Assembly (NCBI GenBank): GCA_048939995.1
Contig: JBHLOY010000006.1
Span: 64,001-128,000 of the forward strand
DNA: 64,000 nucleotides
From: Promethearchaeota archaeon
GTDB lineage: Archaea; Asgardarchaeota; Lokiarchaeia; Sigyniarchaeales; SOKP01
Reading direction: 5' to 3'
Shown: positions 10,130-20,196 of the stretch, piece after piece
Layout of the letters: each line of letters begins with the position of its first letter
Numbering within the stretch: the stretch's first letter is position 1
The notes under the pieces: generated by a model
What the model was told of the DNA's origin: nothing
The model's database searches: none
What the model saw: only the letters and a program-made list of their open reading frames with translations
Translations under genes and position numbers: made by a program

Positions 10130-11302
10130 ATGACTTCAGTGAACCCTCAAGTTTTTGTACTTAAAACAAAACCCGCCTCTGTTTTAAATGACTATAAGAT
10201 ATTACTCAATATGGCAGAATATCAGAAATTTTATAGTAAACAAGAAAAAATTCTTATTAAGTTAAATTTGAGTTGGTCTAAATTCTTTCCTGCATGTTCA
10301 AGTCCGCCATGGCAATTAGAAGGTGTTATCAAAACTATGGTTGAGGATGGGTATGATCCTCATAAATTATTTACAGCAGAAAATAGAACAGTAGTGACCA
10401 ATATTGAAAAAGGATTGAAAGGAAATCGTTGGTGGCCTATATTAAAGAAGTACAATGCATGGTTTATCCCTTTAACTCGAATTCCTTTTATTCCATATGA
10501 ATCTCTAAAGCCTAAATTCTTGAACTTAAAGAAACAAGAATTGCTTGTTTTAGATTCAAAAGTGTTTCCTGAAGGATTTCGAATCCCTGAATTTTATGTA
10601 GGAAAGTCTATTATTCACCTTCCAACTATGAAAACACATGGACATACTGGGGCAATTGGAGGCTCTTTAGAATATACTGAGAGCGAAATGAAACATGGAG
10701 GTATAACCTGTGCTATGAAAAACGCTTTTGGTGGCTTACTTACTAAAAGAAGACATTTTTCACATCAGTATATGAGTGAAGTGCTTGTTGATTTATTAAT
10801 AATTCAAAAACAGATTCATCCAAATATCATGGCTGTGGTTGATGGAACTGTTTGTGGCGATGGGGCAGGACCAAGAACCATGATACCAAGAATTAAAAAT
10901 TATATTTTAGCAGGATATGATCAAGTTGCTGTAGACACTGTGGTCGCCAGAATGATGGGTTTTGATCCTTTTAAGCTGCCCGCCATTAAATTAGCTCATG
11001 ATATGGGATTAGGATGCGGAGATTTCAATCAAATTGAAATAATTGGGGAGGATGTATCAAAAATCAATTGGAATTTTAGAGTAAAAAGGAGTCTAGTAAT
11101 TTGGGGGGATCAAATGGTAAGGAAAGGACCGCTACAATTCATCTACCCCTTATTTAAAAATGAGCTCTTTTTTATTGGTCCAATTATGGCTTCTATGATA
11201 TTTCATGACATGATCTGGTATCCTACAATTGGAAAGCGAAGGATAAAGCAATTTATTAAGACAAAATGGGGGAAACTATTCACAACTTATCCTGTTAATT
11301 AA
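10130..11302 (+). CDS. DUF362 domain protein
   Basis: IKLN, LPTMKTH, TCAMKNAFG, VDG...GDGAGP and DQVAVD motifs. Confidence 0.75.
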   Translation: MTSVNPQVFVLKTKPASVLNDYKILLNMAEYQKFYSKQEKILIKLNLSWSKFFPACSSPPWQLEGVIKTMVEDGYDPHKLFTAENRTVVTNIEKGLKGNRWWPILKKYNAWFIPLTRIPFIPYESLKPKFLNLKKQELLVLDSKVFPEGFRIPEFYVGKSIIHLPTMKTHGHTGAIGGSLEYTESEMKHGGITCAMKNAFGGLLTKRRHFSHQYMSEVLVDLLIIQKQIHPNIMAVVDGTVCGDGAGPRTMIPRIKNYILAGYDQVAVDTVVARMMGFDPFKLPAIKLAHDMGLGCGDFNQIEIIGEDVSKINWNFRVKRSLVIWGDQMVRKGPLQFIYPLFKNELFFIGPIMASMIFHDMIWYPTIGKRRIKQFIKTKWGKLFTTYPVN

Positions 11303-12383
11303 ATTGCTTTCCTTTTTTAGCAAAGTAAAAAGCTAATTTCCCAATTTGTACTTTAATAGAAATTTTTGAACCGAACTTATTATAAAGAATTTTAAATAAT
11401 AGCCCCATTAGGCTGACTGTGATTAATATATAGATCCATATATTTATTGTGTTTAATTGTTTATAAAATAAAAAATACAATACATTATGGATAAAGTAAA
11501 TTGTAAGGGAATAAAATGAATAAAAAAATAAGAAATGGTAGCTTCTTTTTAATTTAAGCACTTTAAATTCTTCAAAAATAAATAATATTGAAAATAGCGT
11601 TAAGTCAATTCCTAAAGTGTAAATTGTCCAAGAAAAACTTCGGTTAATTAGAAAATTAGGATAAAATATCACAATTCCGACAAAAATTAAAAATAGACCT
11701 GAAATTAAGGTAGGGTATATAAATCTTTTTTTTATAGTCCTTTTTAAATCCTCTTCATCCTTAATACGATAGATTTTAAATAGAATTTCTCCTATTACAG
11801 TTCCAAACAAAAAAAAAGGAAAGAATGTAAGAATAACATCAAGATCACGGCTGTGATATAGAATATGAAACATAATTCCATATACATTTAATTGATTTTG
11901 ATAAGGGAACAAAAAGAATAATAAGACCTGATTTAAAATCCAAATAATAAAACCAATGGCAATCCTAATCCAAATTGGCAATTTCATTAAAAACCATCCA
12001 AGAATAAGAGAAATTGATACCGTTAGTAATACAAACCATGTCCATATCCATAATGGATTCAGAATTGCTGCTGCTATACTAATATTGTACATAATTGCCA
12101 ACAAGAAGATTAATAAGGCTCTAAAAAAGTATTCTCTTTTAATCATTTGAGGTTTATACTCATCGTTAAGTTGTGCTTTAATAAACCTCTGACGAACAGA
12201 TAATACCGCAGTTAAGCCTGCTATGAAGATAAATGCTGAAGAGCCAATTGGATCGACTATTGTAAAAGATAAATTATAGAGCCATAAATCTGAATCTCTT
12301 AACCACCAATTCTGAAGATGACCAACGAACATCCATAACATGCTCAATCCGCGAAATGTATCAATACTTTTTAAGCGTTTCAT
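11295..12383 (-). CDS. HGSNAT/DUF1624-like membrane acyltransferase
   Basis: N-terminal RLKSIDTFRG..M..GH motif; about 10 TM segments. Confidence 0.75.
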   Translation of the reverse strand: MKRLKSIDTFRGLSMLWMFVGHLQNWWLRDSDLWLYNLSFTIVDPIGSSAFIFIAGLTAVLSVRQRFIKAQLNDEYKPQMIKREYFFRALLIFLLAIMYNISIAAAILNPLWIWTWFVLLTVSISLILGWFLMKLPIWIRIAIGFIIWILNQVLLFFLFPYQNQLNVYGIMFHILYHSRDLDVILTFFPFFLFGTVIGEILFKIYRIKDEEDLKRTIKKRFIYPTLISGLFLIFVGIVIFYPNFLINRSFSWTIYTLGIDLTLFSILFIFEEFKVLKLKRSYHFLFFYSFYSLTIYFIHNVLYFLFYKQLNTINIWIYILITVSLMGLLFKILYNKFGSKISIKVQIGKLAFYFAKKGKQFN

Positions 12384-12439
12384 AGGGTAAATTAACTTAA
12401 TTTAGATTAGTAGTTTAGATTGTTCTCTAAATAAATAGC

Positions 12440-13570
12440 TTAATTAAACTTTTCCTTTAAATTATACTTAAAATACGGTTTATTAGGTTTAATTAAATCG
12501 ATTTTTCTAGCAAAAAAGATAGCTGATTTATTAATAAGAAATTTTAAAGAAATATATTTTTCCCAATTTTTATGAAGAATACGAAATAACAATGTCCATA
12601 TAATTATTATTGGGATTATTAGAAACCAAATTTGCATACTATTAAATTGTGGTTGAAATAGGAAAAATAATAGATGGTGTGAGAGGAACATTGTAAAAGA
12701 ATAGAAAGAATAAAATTCAAAGAACTTATAACTTCTTTTTAACTTAAATCTTCTATAATCTTTTAAAAAGACTAAAAACGCGAAGATCAAAAACTCAAAT
12801 CCAAGTATAAACATATGGGATGAAAATGTTTCTTTATTTGCAATATTTGGAAATTTATAACCTAATCCAAAAAATATTAGAATGAAACCTCCAATTATGA
12901 TAGGTTTGAATAACTTATTCTTTAAATAAGAGTGTTGCTTCTCCAAATTATTTATTCTTCCCGCATCAAACAAAATATCTCCGATCACAGTTCCCAAAAG
13001 TAGAAATGGAAAATATCCAAGAATTACATTTTGTTCGGGGCTGTTGTAAAGGAAATAGAAAAAATATCCAAGAATATTCTCTTGTCCAGCATAAGGAGTC
13101 AACCACACATATATAAACTCATTACTAATCCAACTAATAAAACAAATAAATATTCGAAATATCTTAGACGTTTTTAAAAGTGGCCATACCATTAGAAGAG
13201 AAATTGAGATAGTTTGTAAAACAAACCATAACCATACCCCGGGCAAGCCCATATATATAGTTCCTATAGTATTCCATATCATAGAGATAAATAAAATCAA
13301 TGAAGCTCTAATAATATATTCATTTCTAATTGTTTTCAAACTAAACTCTTGATTATTCTGAGCTTTCACCAATCCTCTTTTATATAAAAGTGCTGCACTC
13401 ATCCCAGAGACAAGTAGGAAACCACCTCCTCCAAAAATAGCTCCATAATTCCATATTACCTCATAAAGCCAAGTATCTGTTGGAGAAATCCACCAATAGA
13501 TCATATGTCCAAAAATCATATAAAAAATACAAAGTCCTCTAAATATATCAACACTTTTGAACCGAGTCAT
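12440..13570 (-). CDS. HGSNAT/DUF1624-like membrane acyltransferase (tandem paralog)
   Basis: RFKSVDIFRG..YMIFGH motif; collinear with its neighbour. ATG 13570, or GTG 13585. Confidence 0.75.
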   Translation of the reverse strand: MTRFKSVDIFRGLCIFYMIFGHMIYWWISPTDTWLYEVIWNYGAIFGGGGFLLVSGMSAALLYKRGLVKAQNNQEFSLKTIRNEYIIRASLILFISMIWNTIGTIYMGLPGVWLWFVLQTISISLLMVWPLLKTSKIFRIFICFISWISNEFIYVWLTPYAGQENILGYFFYFLYNSPEQNVILGYFPFLLLGTVIGDILFDAGRINNLEKQHSYLKNKLFKPIIIGGFILIFFGLGYKFPNIANKETFSSHMFILGFEFLIFAFLVFLKDYRRFKLKRSYKFFEFYSFYSFTMFLSHHLLFFLFQPQFNSMQIWFLIIPIIIIWTLLFRILHKNWEKYISLKFLINKSAIFFARKIDLIKPNKPYFKYNLKEKFN

Positions 13571-13686
13571 AGTTAATTTTATCACATATTCAAAATAAAA
13601 AATTAATATTTATTTTGAATTTTCTTGAAATAAGAAATCTTATCGATTTATAATATTATATAACAAATTGTTAAAAAACTTATTCT

Positions 13687-14523
13687 TTAAATTAGTTGTG
13701 ATGCATCGCTGAGCGAAAATTCATTATTTAAAATTTTTTTAATTATCTCTTCCATAGGATATAATGGTTCATTAAGAGTTTTAGACTTGTTTTGGTGAAA
13801 GCTATTAATTTTAGATTTTTTTCGCTTGGTTTGATTAAATATTGAGAGATAATTATTAAAATTAAGTTCAATACCTTCTCTTAATGCTAAAATTAAAGCT
13901 GATATTTCATCTTTAGATATTTTTTTCTGGCGATATTTGTTTAAAGTCTTTATTTTTGAAGATTTAAATTCATCAATTAAAAAAATTCTTGTCTTATTTT
14001 CATTTTCTATTGTTTTATAAATCATATCAATTAATTTTTGTGTTATTGAGAGAACTCCACTCCCAAATTTAAATTCTAAATTCATTAAATGAGGATTGTT
14101 TATTTGAAAATAATTTATTGTTGCGTGAATATTCTTAATTATACTATCTTCTTCATAAAAACAATAGGAATCAAAGTAATAATCATCTAAAAAAACCATT
14201 AAGCCTATTCTATTTCCAGGGTCGATTGAGAATATAAGGGAATTATAATTATTTTTAAATCCTACTCTATAAGAAGCGATGACTTTTAATAGGTAATCCT
14301 CAAATTTTTCATTTAGCGAATATGCTAATATTATTGCTCTATTATTTATTCTTAGCAATCTGTCGAGTTCTTTGACTGTAGTTAGAATTATCGAAGGGAA
14401 ATTTGGAATTTTGTTTGGGATGTTAGATATTTTAAAGGGGATATTTTTTTCTTTTAATGCTTTATTTAATCTATAAAAAAAGTTCAAATCTTCTGTAAAT
14501 ATATATAAAGGTAATTTTCTCAA
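13687..14523 (-). CDS. Hypothetical protein with RNase H-like (YqgF/RuvX-type) motifs
   Basis: FSIDPG, IDEFKSS and DEISALILAL match the acidic-residue pattern of YqgF-like folds. Confidence 0.5.
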   Translation of the reverse strand: MRKLPLYIFTEDLNFFYRLNKALKEKNIPFKISNIPNKIPNFPSIILTTVKELDRLLRINNRAIILAYSLNEKFEDYLLKVIASYRVGFKNNYNSLIFSIDPGNRIGLMVFLDDYYFDSYCFYEEDSIIKNIHATINYFQINNPHLMNLEFKFGSGVLSITQKLIDMIYKTIENENKTRIFLIDEFKSSKIKTLNKYRQKKISKDEISALILALREGIELNFNNYLSIFNQTKRKKSKINSFHQNKSKTLNEPLYPMEEIIKKILNNEFSLSDASQLI

Positions 14524-14565
14524 ATTAAATATATAAATTAATTATCAATTTAAAAACTTATAATT

Positions 14566-15243
14566 ATGTTTTCTGAAAATAAAGAATTTAACGAACTTAT
14601 CCACCTTTTTTTTTCCAATAAAGGCATTATTTCGATTTGGGGTGATTATGGCGTTGGAAAGACTACCTTTTCGCTTCAAATGGCATTGGATACTGCCTTT
14701 AAAGAGAAAACTGTTATTTATATTTATACAAAACCTAACTTCCCTTATGAAAAAATCAATAATTTTATCCAGGATTCAAATCAGAAGATATTAAACAACA
14801 TAAACTTTATACAGTCATTAAATTTTGAAGATTTGTATTCTTTAGTTTTCAATTTAGAATTTATTGTTCTAGATAAAAATACCAGAATTGAATTAATTAT
14901 AGTTGATTCTATAACAGATCTCTATCGTATAGAACTTAATAGAGAAAATAAAGAAAAAAATTTTTTAATGAATTATAAGTTAAGTCAAATTCTAGCGAAC
15001 TTGTCCTACTTAAATAAAACATATAATATAGATATTTTAATAGTCAATAATAAAACTTATATTGACTCTAATGGACAAATAATTGAAGTGCAAAGCGGAG
15101 GATTAGTTATGGAATACTGGATTAATTCAACCATTAAAATTATACGTACAAATAAATTAAATCAACGTAAATTTATTTTTAATACAGAAAATAAGGAAAT
15201 TATCAAAAAATTAGTCACTCTTACTAAGAATGGGTTTTCATGA
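14566..15243 (+). CDS. radB: RecA-family ATPase, RadB-like
   Basis: Walker A GDYGVGKT, Walker B LIIVDS, and GGLVMEYW; short, with no HhH domain. Confidence 0.7.
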   Translation: MFSENKEFNELIHLFFSNKGIISIWGDYGVGKTTFSLQMALDTAFKEKTVIYIYTKPNFPYEKINNFIQDSNQKILNNINFIQSLNFEDLYSLVFNLEFIVLDKNTRIELIIVDSITDLYRIELNRENKEKNFLMNYKLSQILANLSYLNKTYNIDILIVNNKTYIDSNGQIIEVQSGGLVMEYWINSTIKIIRTNKLNQRKFIFNTENKEIIKKLVTLTKNGFS

Positions 15244-16362
15244 AACATCTAATATTCCCTCTTTAATCATAATTTTTAGTGTTTGCTTCGAACAAGAAAT
15301 TACTTTTGATCGAAAAGGAGGCCTTTCAAGAACTTCAGCAACACTTTCTAAAAAAAATCTAGAAATAATTTTACAGGTAGAATTTAATTCTCTTATCTTA
15401 CGTGTAATAAGTATAGTGTTAGTCACGTCTGTTATTGTATTAATTACATAGTCTATCTCTTGAATCTTTGCTTTCCCTAATATTAAAGCTTCTTTTGGAT
15501 CGCCTATTATTACAGTTTCTTTTGGAATCATTAATTGTTCAATTTTCTCTTCATCTTCCTCAATTATATAATAATTAAGATTTTTGTTTAACTGGATCTT
15601 TTCAATTAATCGTAAAGATATATGATTCAACCCGATAAGAAGAATTTTTTGGTAATTCCGTTTAGTAATTTTTTTAAAAATTGCTTCAGATGCAAATTTG
15701 GAAGTAGAAATAACTTTAGCATTATAAGATTTAGCAATTAGGTCCCCAATGTCATCCTCAAAAACACGACACACTAATTTACAATATTTATTTAATTCTC
15801 TAATATTAGCATTCACTACCAATTGAACCTCTAAATTATCACTCATAACAAAGACAGCCCTTGCTTGCTCGATATTCGCATCTTTTAAGGTTTCCATTTT
15901 TAAAGCATCATCATTTATAACAGCTTGTTCGTTGTCAATTAAATCTTTCACTAAATCTTCTTTCTTTTCAATAATTACAACGTCATATTTTGTATTCTCA
16001 GTAACATAATTAGCAATTCTTTTTCCTATATGATTATGTCCTATAACTACAACATGATTATCACAAAATCTTGCTAATTCTCTACAGGTGTCTGCTGGAT
16101 TGTACTTTCTAAAAAGATCGATGGTTATAAGTGAAAATATTAACCCGAAAATTATAAATTCTGTAAAATTTGCATAGAAATTGCCATATAAGCTTATATA
16201 GTTCTTGAAGTAAAATATTATCAATAATGCTTCATATAAGTCAGAAGTTTTAATCGAAAAATAGATGAAATTGCCCAGAAACCAAAAAATAACAATTAGG
16301 ATTGCAGCGTAATTTTGTCTTAATACTTTTTTAACTTTAATTAATTTTCTCGATCTTATAAT
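15238..16362 (-). CDS. Membrane protein with tandem TrkA-N/RCK domains (K+ channel-like)
   Basis: HVVVIGHNHIG and ILLIGLNHIS Rossmann motifs. The frame is open 138 nt upstream of the TTG at 16224, encodes a TM helix, and begins at ATT 16362 behind an AGGTG SD. Confidence 0.75.
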   Translation of the reverse strand: MIRSRKLIKVKKVLRQNYAAILIVIFWFLGNFIYFSIKTSDLYEALLIIFYFKNYISLYGNFYANFTEFIIFGLIFSLITIDLFRKYNPADTCRELARFCDNHVVVIGHNHIGKRIANYVTENTKYDVVIIEKKEDLVKDLIDNEQAVINDDALKMETLKDANIEQARAVFVMSDNLEVQLVVNANIRELNKYCKLVCRVFEDDIGDLIAKSYNAKVISTSKFASEAIFKKITKRNYQKILLIGLNHISLRLIEKIQLNKNLNYYIIEEDEEKIEQLMIPKETVIIGDPKEALILGKAKIQEIDYVINTITDVTNTILITRKIRELNSTCKIISRFFLESVAEVLERPPFRSKVISCSKQTLKIMIKEGILDVS

Positions 16363-16542
16363 GGATTACACCTTTTAATTTAATATTAATTTTGGAATTA
16401 ATAAAATAAATCTGTTCTAAATAAACTATATAGTTTAATTATAATTCTGTATATAATTTAACTCTCTTCTGTTTATATAAAGAATTAACAATGATTTTAC
16501 ATTATAAAAATTAAAGATTTTAAAAAAGTTAGTTTTTAGATT

Positions 16543-17526
16543 ATGAGTAGTAAGGATGATAAAATTAAATTATCTAAGTGGTTACAAAGAGAAATAAATC
16601 CATCATATCCACATAAAGGAAAGTTAATTGAAATTATTGAAACTATAGCTGAAGCTACAATTCCAATACGAGGTTTACTTGAGAGAGGAATAACATCTCG
16701 AGAGATAAAACAAAGAATGAATATTAAAGATACTTACGGTGATTCTAAGAACATTTTTAATGAACTTCAAATTCATGAAGATATTTTAACGCACAGTATA
16801 ATCTTAAAAGCATTAACAGAGGGTAAGACAAGTTTTTCATATATAGCTTCTGAGGAATCAGAACCTGTTCTAGGAGAGGGAGTATTTGGGATTACAATTG
16901 ATCCTGTTGATGGCTCAACAAATGTTGCTGTAAATAGAACAGTCGGCACAATTGTTGGAATTTATAATGATGTTGGTAGAATAATCTGTGGATTTTACGT
17001 ACTTTATGGTATTTTCACAAATCTAGTGATTGCTGTTGATAATAAAGTTGCAGAATTCATGTTAGATAATTCTCCCTATAGTATGACCTTTTATCATTAT
17101 GTATTTCAGGAATTAAAATACATGCCTAATGAATTAGAAGGCGGCATTAGGTGTATCGGTGGCGATTCTACTCAATGGTTTGAAAAATTTAAAAAATATG
17201 AACAGCTGCTTCTCCAACATCACTTAAAAGATCGTTATAGTGGCAGTTTTGTAGGAGATATTCATGCAATCATTAATTATGGAGGGATTTATGCATACTT
17301 TCCTTCACCTAAACCAAAAATCAGGGTTTATTATGAATGGTTACCCTTAGCCTATATTATAAAAGCACTAGCAGGAGAATTTTTGGCTTTAGATAATAAA
17401 GGTAAAACGAAACAGATAGAAGATATTCCCCCTTTAAAAAAAAATAATGTCAAGGAAATGCATACCCTCATATATGGTGGAATTATAGGTAGCGAAAAAG
17501 TAGTCAATCTCTATCTTACTATTTGA
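16543..17526 (+). CDS. fbp: Class I fructose-1,6-bisphosphatase-like protein
   Basis: ASEE, IDPVDGSTN, VGTIVGIY, RYSGSFVGDIH, GGIYAY and KIRVYYE motifs. Confidence 0.75.
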   Translation: MSSKDDKIKLSKWLQREINPSYPHKGKLIEIIETIAEATIPIRGLLERGITSREIKQRMNIKDTYGDSKNIFNELQIHEDILTHSIILKALTEGKTSFSYIASEESEPVLGEGVFGITIDPVDGSTNVAVNRTVGTIVGIYNDVGRIICGFYVLYGIFTNLVIAVDNKVAEFMLDNSPYSMTFYHYVFQELKYMPNELEGGIRCIGGDSTQWFEKFKKYEQLLLQHHLKDRYSGSFVGDIHAIINYGGIYAYFPSPKPKIRVYYEWLPLAYIIKALAGEFLALDNKGKTKQIEDIPPLKKNNVKEMHTLIYGGIIGSEKVVNLYLTI

Positions 17527-17568
17527 AAGATTTATTAAATAAAACCTTAATTAAAGTTTAGAAAAATA

Positions 17569-18780
17569 ATGAATAATAAGAGTAGAAATAATAAATACAT
17601 ATTACAGAAAGAAGGGTCTGTTAAATTTTATATACATCAATCGGATAAAGATTTAATACCATCAAAATCAATGAATGTATTTTATAATAAGAACATGGAA
17701 ATAAATCGTGACATAACTATATCATCAATTATAACATATAAAAATTTATATAACCCAGATTCGTTGATCATCGTTGATTCCATGGCAGCCTCTGGAATAA
17801 CATCTATTAGATTACTCCAAGAATGTAATAATATTGAAAAAATTTACATAAATGATATAAACCCTCTTGCAAATTATTTAATAAAAAAAAATTTAGAACT
17901 AAATAGAAACCTTTTAAATCATGTAGAAGTAACTAATGAGGATGCTAATTCTCTTTTTCTAAAATTGGGCCATCCTAATGAGTTAAAAAAGCCCAATATT
18001 ATAATTATCGATCCTTTTGGTACTCCTTCCTACTTTATTGATACAGCCTCAAAAGCAATTCAAAAAGAGAATGGTTTATTATGTATAACTGCTACAGATA
18101 CGGCAGTTTTGTTTGGAATTAGAAAGAATGCATGCATTAAAAAGTACCTATCTAAACCTCTCCACAATGAATATTGTAAAGAAATTGGTGCAAGAATCTT
18201 GCTCAACTTTATTTCTAAAATAGCTAATATGAATAATCTAGGCATTATTCCACTATTAACATTTTATTCAAGTCATTTTTTAAAGATTTTTGCTCTTACA
18301 TATAAAGGAAATAAAAAAATCTACTCAAATCTTTCAAATAATGGATTTATACTTCACTGTAATGATTGTGGGCATCGTTCAATATATCCTGATGACATTT
18401 TGAAGGTTCCTCATCAATGCCCGATCTGCAATGCAAGTAAAGTGTTGGACTATGCGGGTCCTCTCTGGATTGAAAATTTGCATGATAAGATTTTCGTTGA
18501 AGGATTAATTCAATATAATTTAGATTCTTACTTTTCTAATAAAAATAAAATAAATAAAATTTTAAATTTGGTATTAAAAGAAATTGAAATGCCAGCTACA
18601 TACTACAATATCCATAAATTGTGTGAAAAGTTGAGAGTTCCACAAATTCCTAAAATTGATTTAATTATTGAGAAGATTAGAAGCCAAGGAGCTCAAGCTT
18701 CAAGAACCCATTTTGACTTTTTATCAATCAAAACAAATATTGGAATAAAAATGTTAACAGAACTTATCCGCGCAATGTAA
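17569..18780 (+). CDS. trm1: tRNA (guanine-26-N2)-dimethyltransferase
   Basis: VFYN.NMEINRD, DSMAASG, IDPFGTP, TATD, GPLW and RTHF motifs; CxxC pairs. Confidence 0.92.
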   Translation: MNNKSRNNKYILQKEGSVKFYIHQSDKDLIPSKSMNVFYNKNMEINRDITISSIITYKNLYNPDSLIIVDSMAASGITSIRLLQECNNIEKIYINDINPLANYLIKKNLELNRNLLNHVEVTNEDANSLFLKLGHPNELKKPNIIIIDPFGTPSYFIDTASKAIQKENGLLCITATDTAVLFGIRKNACIKKYLSKPLHNEYCKEIGARILLNFISKIANMNNLGIIPLLTFYSSHFLKIFALTYKGNKKIYSNLSNNGFILHCNDCGHRSIYPDDILKVPHQCPICNASKVLDYAGPLWIENLHDKIFVEGLIQYNLDSYFSNKNKINKILNLVLKEIEMPATYYNIHKLCEKLRVPQIPKIDLIIEKIRSQGAQASRTHFDFLSIKTNIGIKMLTELIRAM

Positions 18781-18788
18781 AAATTAAG

Positions 18789-19433
18789 GTGTTAAATCTG
18801 GTTAGATATAAATCAGACCATGCAAAGGATGCATTTTATAGAGAAGCTAAGCAAAAGGGATATAGAGCACGTTCAGCTTTTAAACTTTTAGAAATCCAAA
18901 GTAGGTTTGACGTATTTAAGAGAGTTTTTTACATTCTAGATTTAGGAAGCGCTCCTGGCTCTTGGTTACAAATTTCAAAAGAATTGGCTATTAAAAATAT
19001 CGAGAAATATAATGATTCTCATTATTCAAGAGATTATTTTAAAATAATGGGTGTAGACATTAAAAAACTATCACCAATTGAGGATATTGAGATTTTAACA
19101 ATGAACATTAACGATAAAGAGCTAAGGAATAAAATTGATGAATATTTTAATGGAGAGAAATTAGATTTAATTCTTTCTGATGCCAGCATAAACAAATCTG
19201 GCAATAAATTTAGTGATCAAGCAAGACAAATCAAACTATGTTATGAAATATTTTCATTAATAGACTTTTTAAAAAATAGAGGAAATTTTGTTATTAAGCT
19301 CTTTCAAGGAGAAGATTTTGAAGCTTTTTTTAAAAGTTTTAAAAGCTATTTCATGCAAGTTAAAAGTTTTAAACCAAGGGCTTCGAGTAAAAAAAGCAAT
19401 GAAATCTATCTCATTGGATTAAAAAAAAAGTAG
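18789..19433 (+). CDS. rlmE: 23S rRNA 2'-O-methyltransferase RlmE/FtsJ
   Basis: GYRARSAFKL, LDLGSAPGSW, LILSD and KPRASSKKSNEIY motifs. The start may be CTG 18798. Confidence 0.92.
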   Translation: MLNLVRYKSDHAKDAFYREAKQKGYRARSAFKLLEIQSRFDVFKRVFYILDLGSAPGSWLQISKELAIKNIEKYNDSHYSRDYFKIMGVDIKKLSPIEDIEILTMNINDKELRNKIDEYFNGEKLDLILSDASINKSGNKFSDQARQIKLCYEIFSLIDFLKNRGNFVIKLFQGEDFEAFFKSFKSYFMQVKSFKPRASSKKSNEIYLIGLKKK

Positions 19434-20072
19434 TTACTCTAAATTCTCTGATTTAACCTCATCAAAATTTACCTTATAAATTTTACCCTCTAATGAAGCA
19501 TAAATCCATTCAGTAAGCCAAGCGCAAATATGGGGATTAAATTGATCATTGCTCGTTTCATTACATCTACCAATAAAAGGGCATATTAAACATGGTTGAT
19601 ATGAGAAGATATCAAATATAAAATCATTTTTGCTTTTATCAATTTTAATATCTTTTACTTTTGCTTCGATATCTTCAACAGCAGATATGAATTTTGTCCA
19701 TGATGCGGCAACTAACTCCCTTCTTATCTTTATTTTTGATTGTAGAGCTAGAGTATCCAAAATTTCATCTAAATCATTACGATTTTTTTTAGTTAATTTT
19801 AAAAGATCTTTAAAATATAAACTCCTTTTTTTATTTATTATATCAAGGACAGCTTTTTCTTCCTTTCTAAGATTTCGAGTAAAATGCCTTTTCCTTTCTT
19901 CTATCCTTTCGATTCGTCTTTCAGCCTCTGATTGATCAGATTCCTCGGAACCCTCCAATCGTTCCTTCACTTTGCATTTATGACGTGAAAGGTATGCAAA
20001 ACTATTCCCACAATAAGGACAGACTTCTTTTTTTTTCTTTGCCATCTTAATCTTCATTCTTTCTTTTGACAA
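19434..20072 (-). CDS. RPC34/RPC39-like protein (archaeal TFE beta-type) with extra N-terminal zinc finger
   Basis: Winged-helix-like middle. The C-terminal PCLICPFIGRC...NPHICAWLTEWI matches the RPC39/TFE-beta Fe-S motif (PCxxCP...C...P..C.Y/W..EW). N-terminal CPYC...HKC. Confidence 0.7.
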   Translation of the reverse strand: MSKERMKIKMAKKKKEVCPYCGNSFAYLSRHKCKVKERLEGSEESDQSEAERRIERIEERKRHFTRNLRKEEKAVLDIINKKRSLYFKDLLKLTKKNRNDLDEILDTLALQSKIKIRRELVAASWTKFISAVEDIEAKVKDIKIDKSKNDFIFDIFSYQPCLICPFIGRCNETSNDQFNPHICAWLTEWIYASLEGKIYKVNFDEVKSENLE

Positions 20073-20196
20073 ATATAAATTATGTATAGTTTAAAATTAA
20101 TTTTTGCAAATTATTTTAGGGTTAATTTTTAATATCTAATAGATAAATAATTCTTAATAGTAACTAAATTTTAAATATCGAGTAAATTAATATAAG

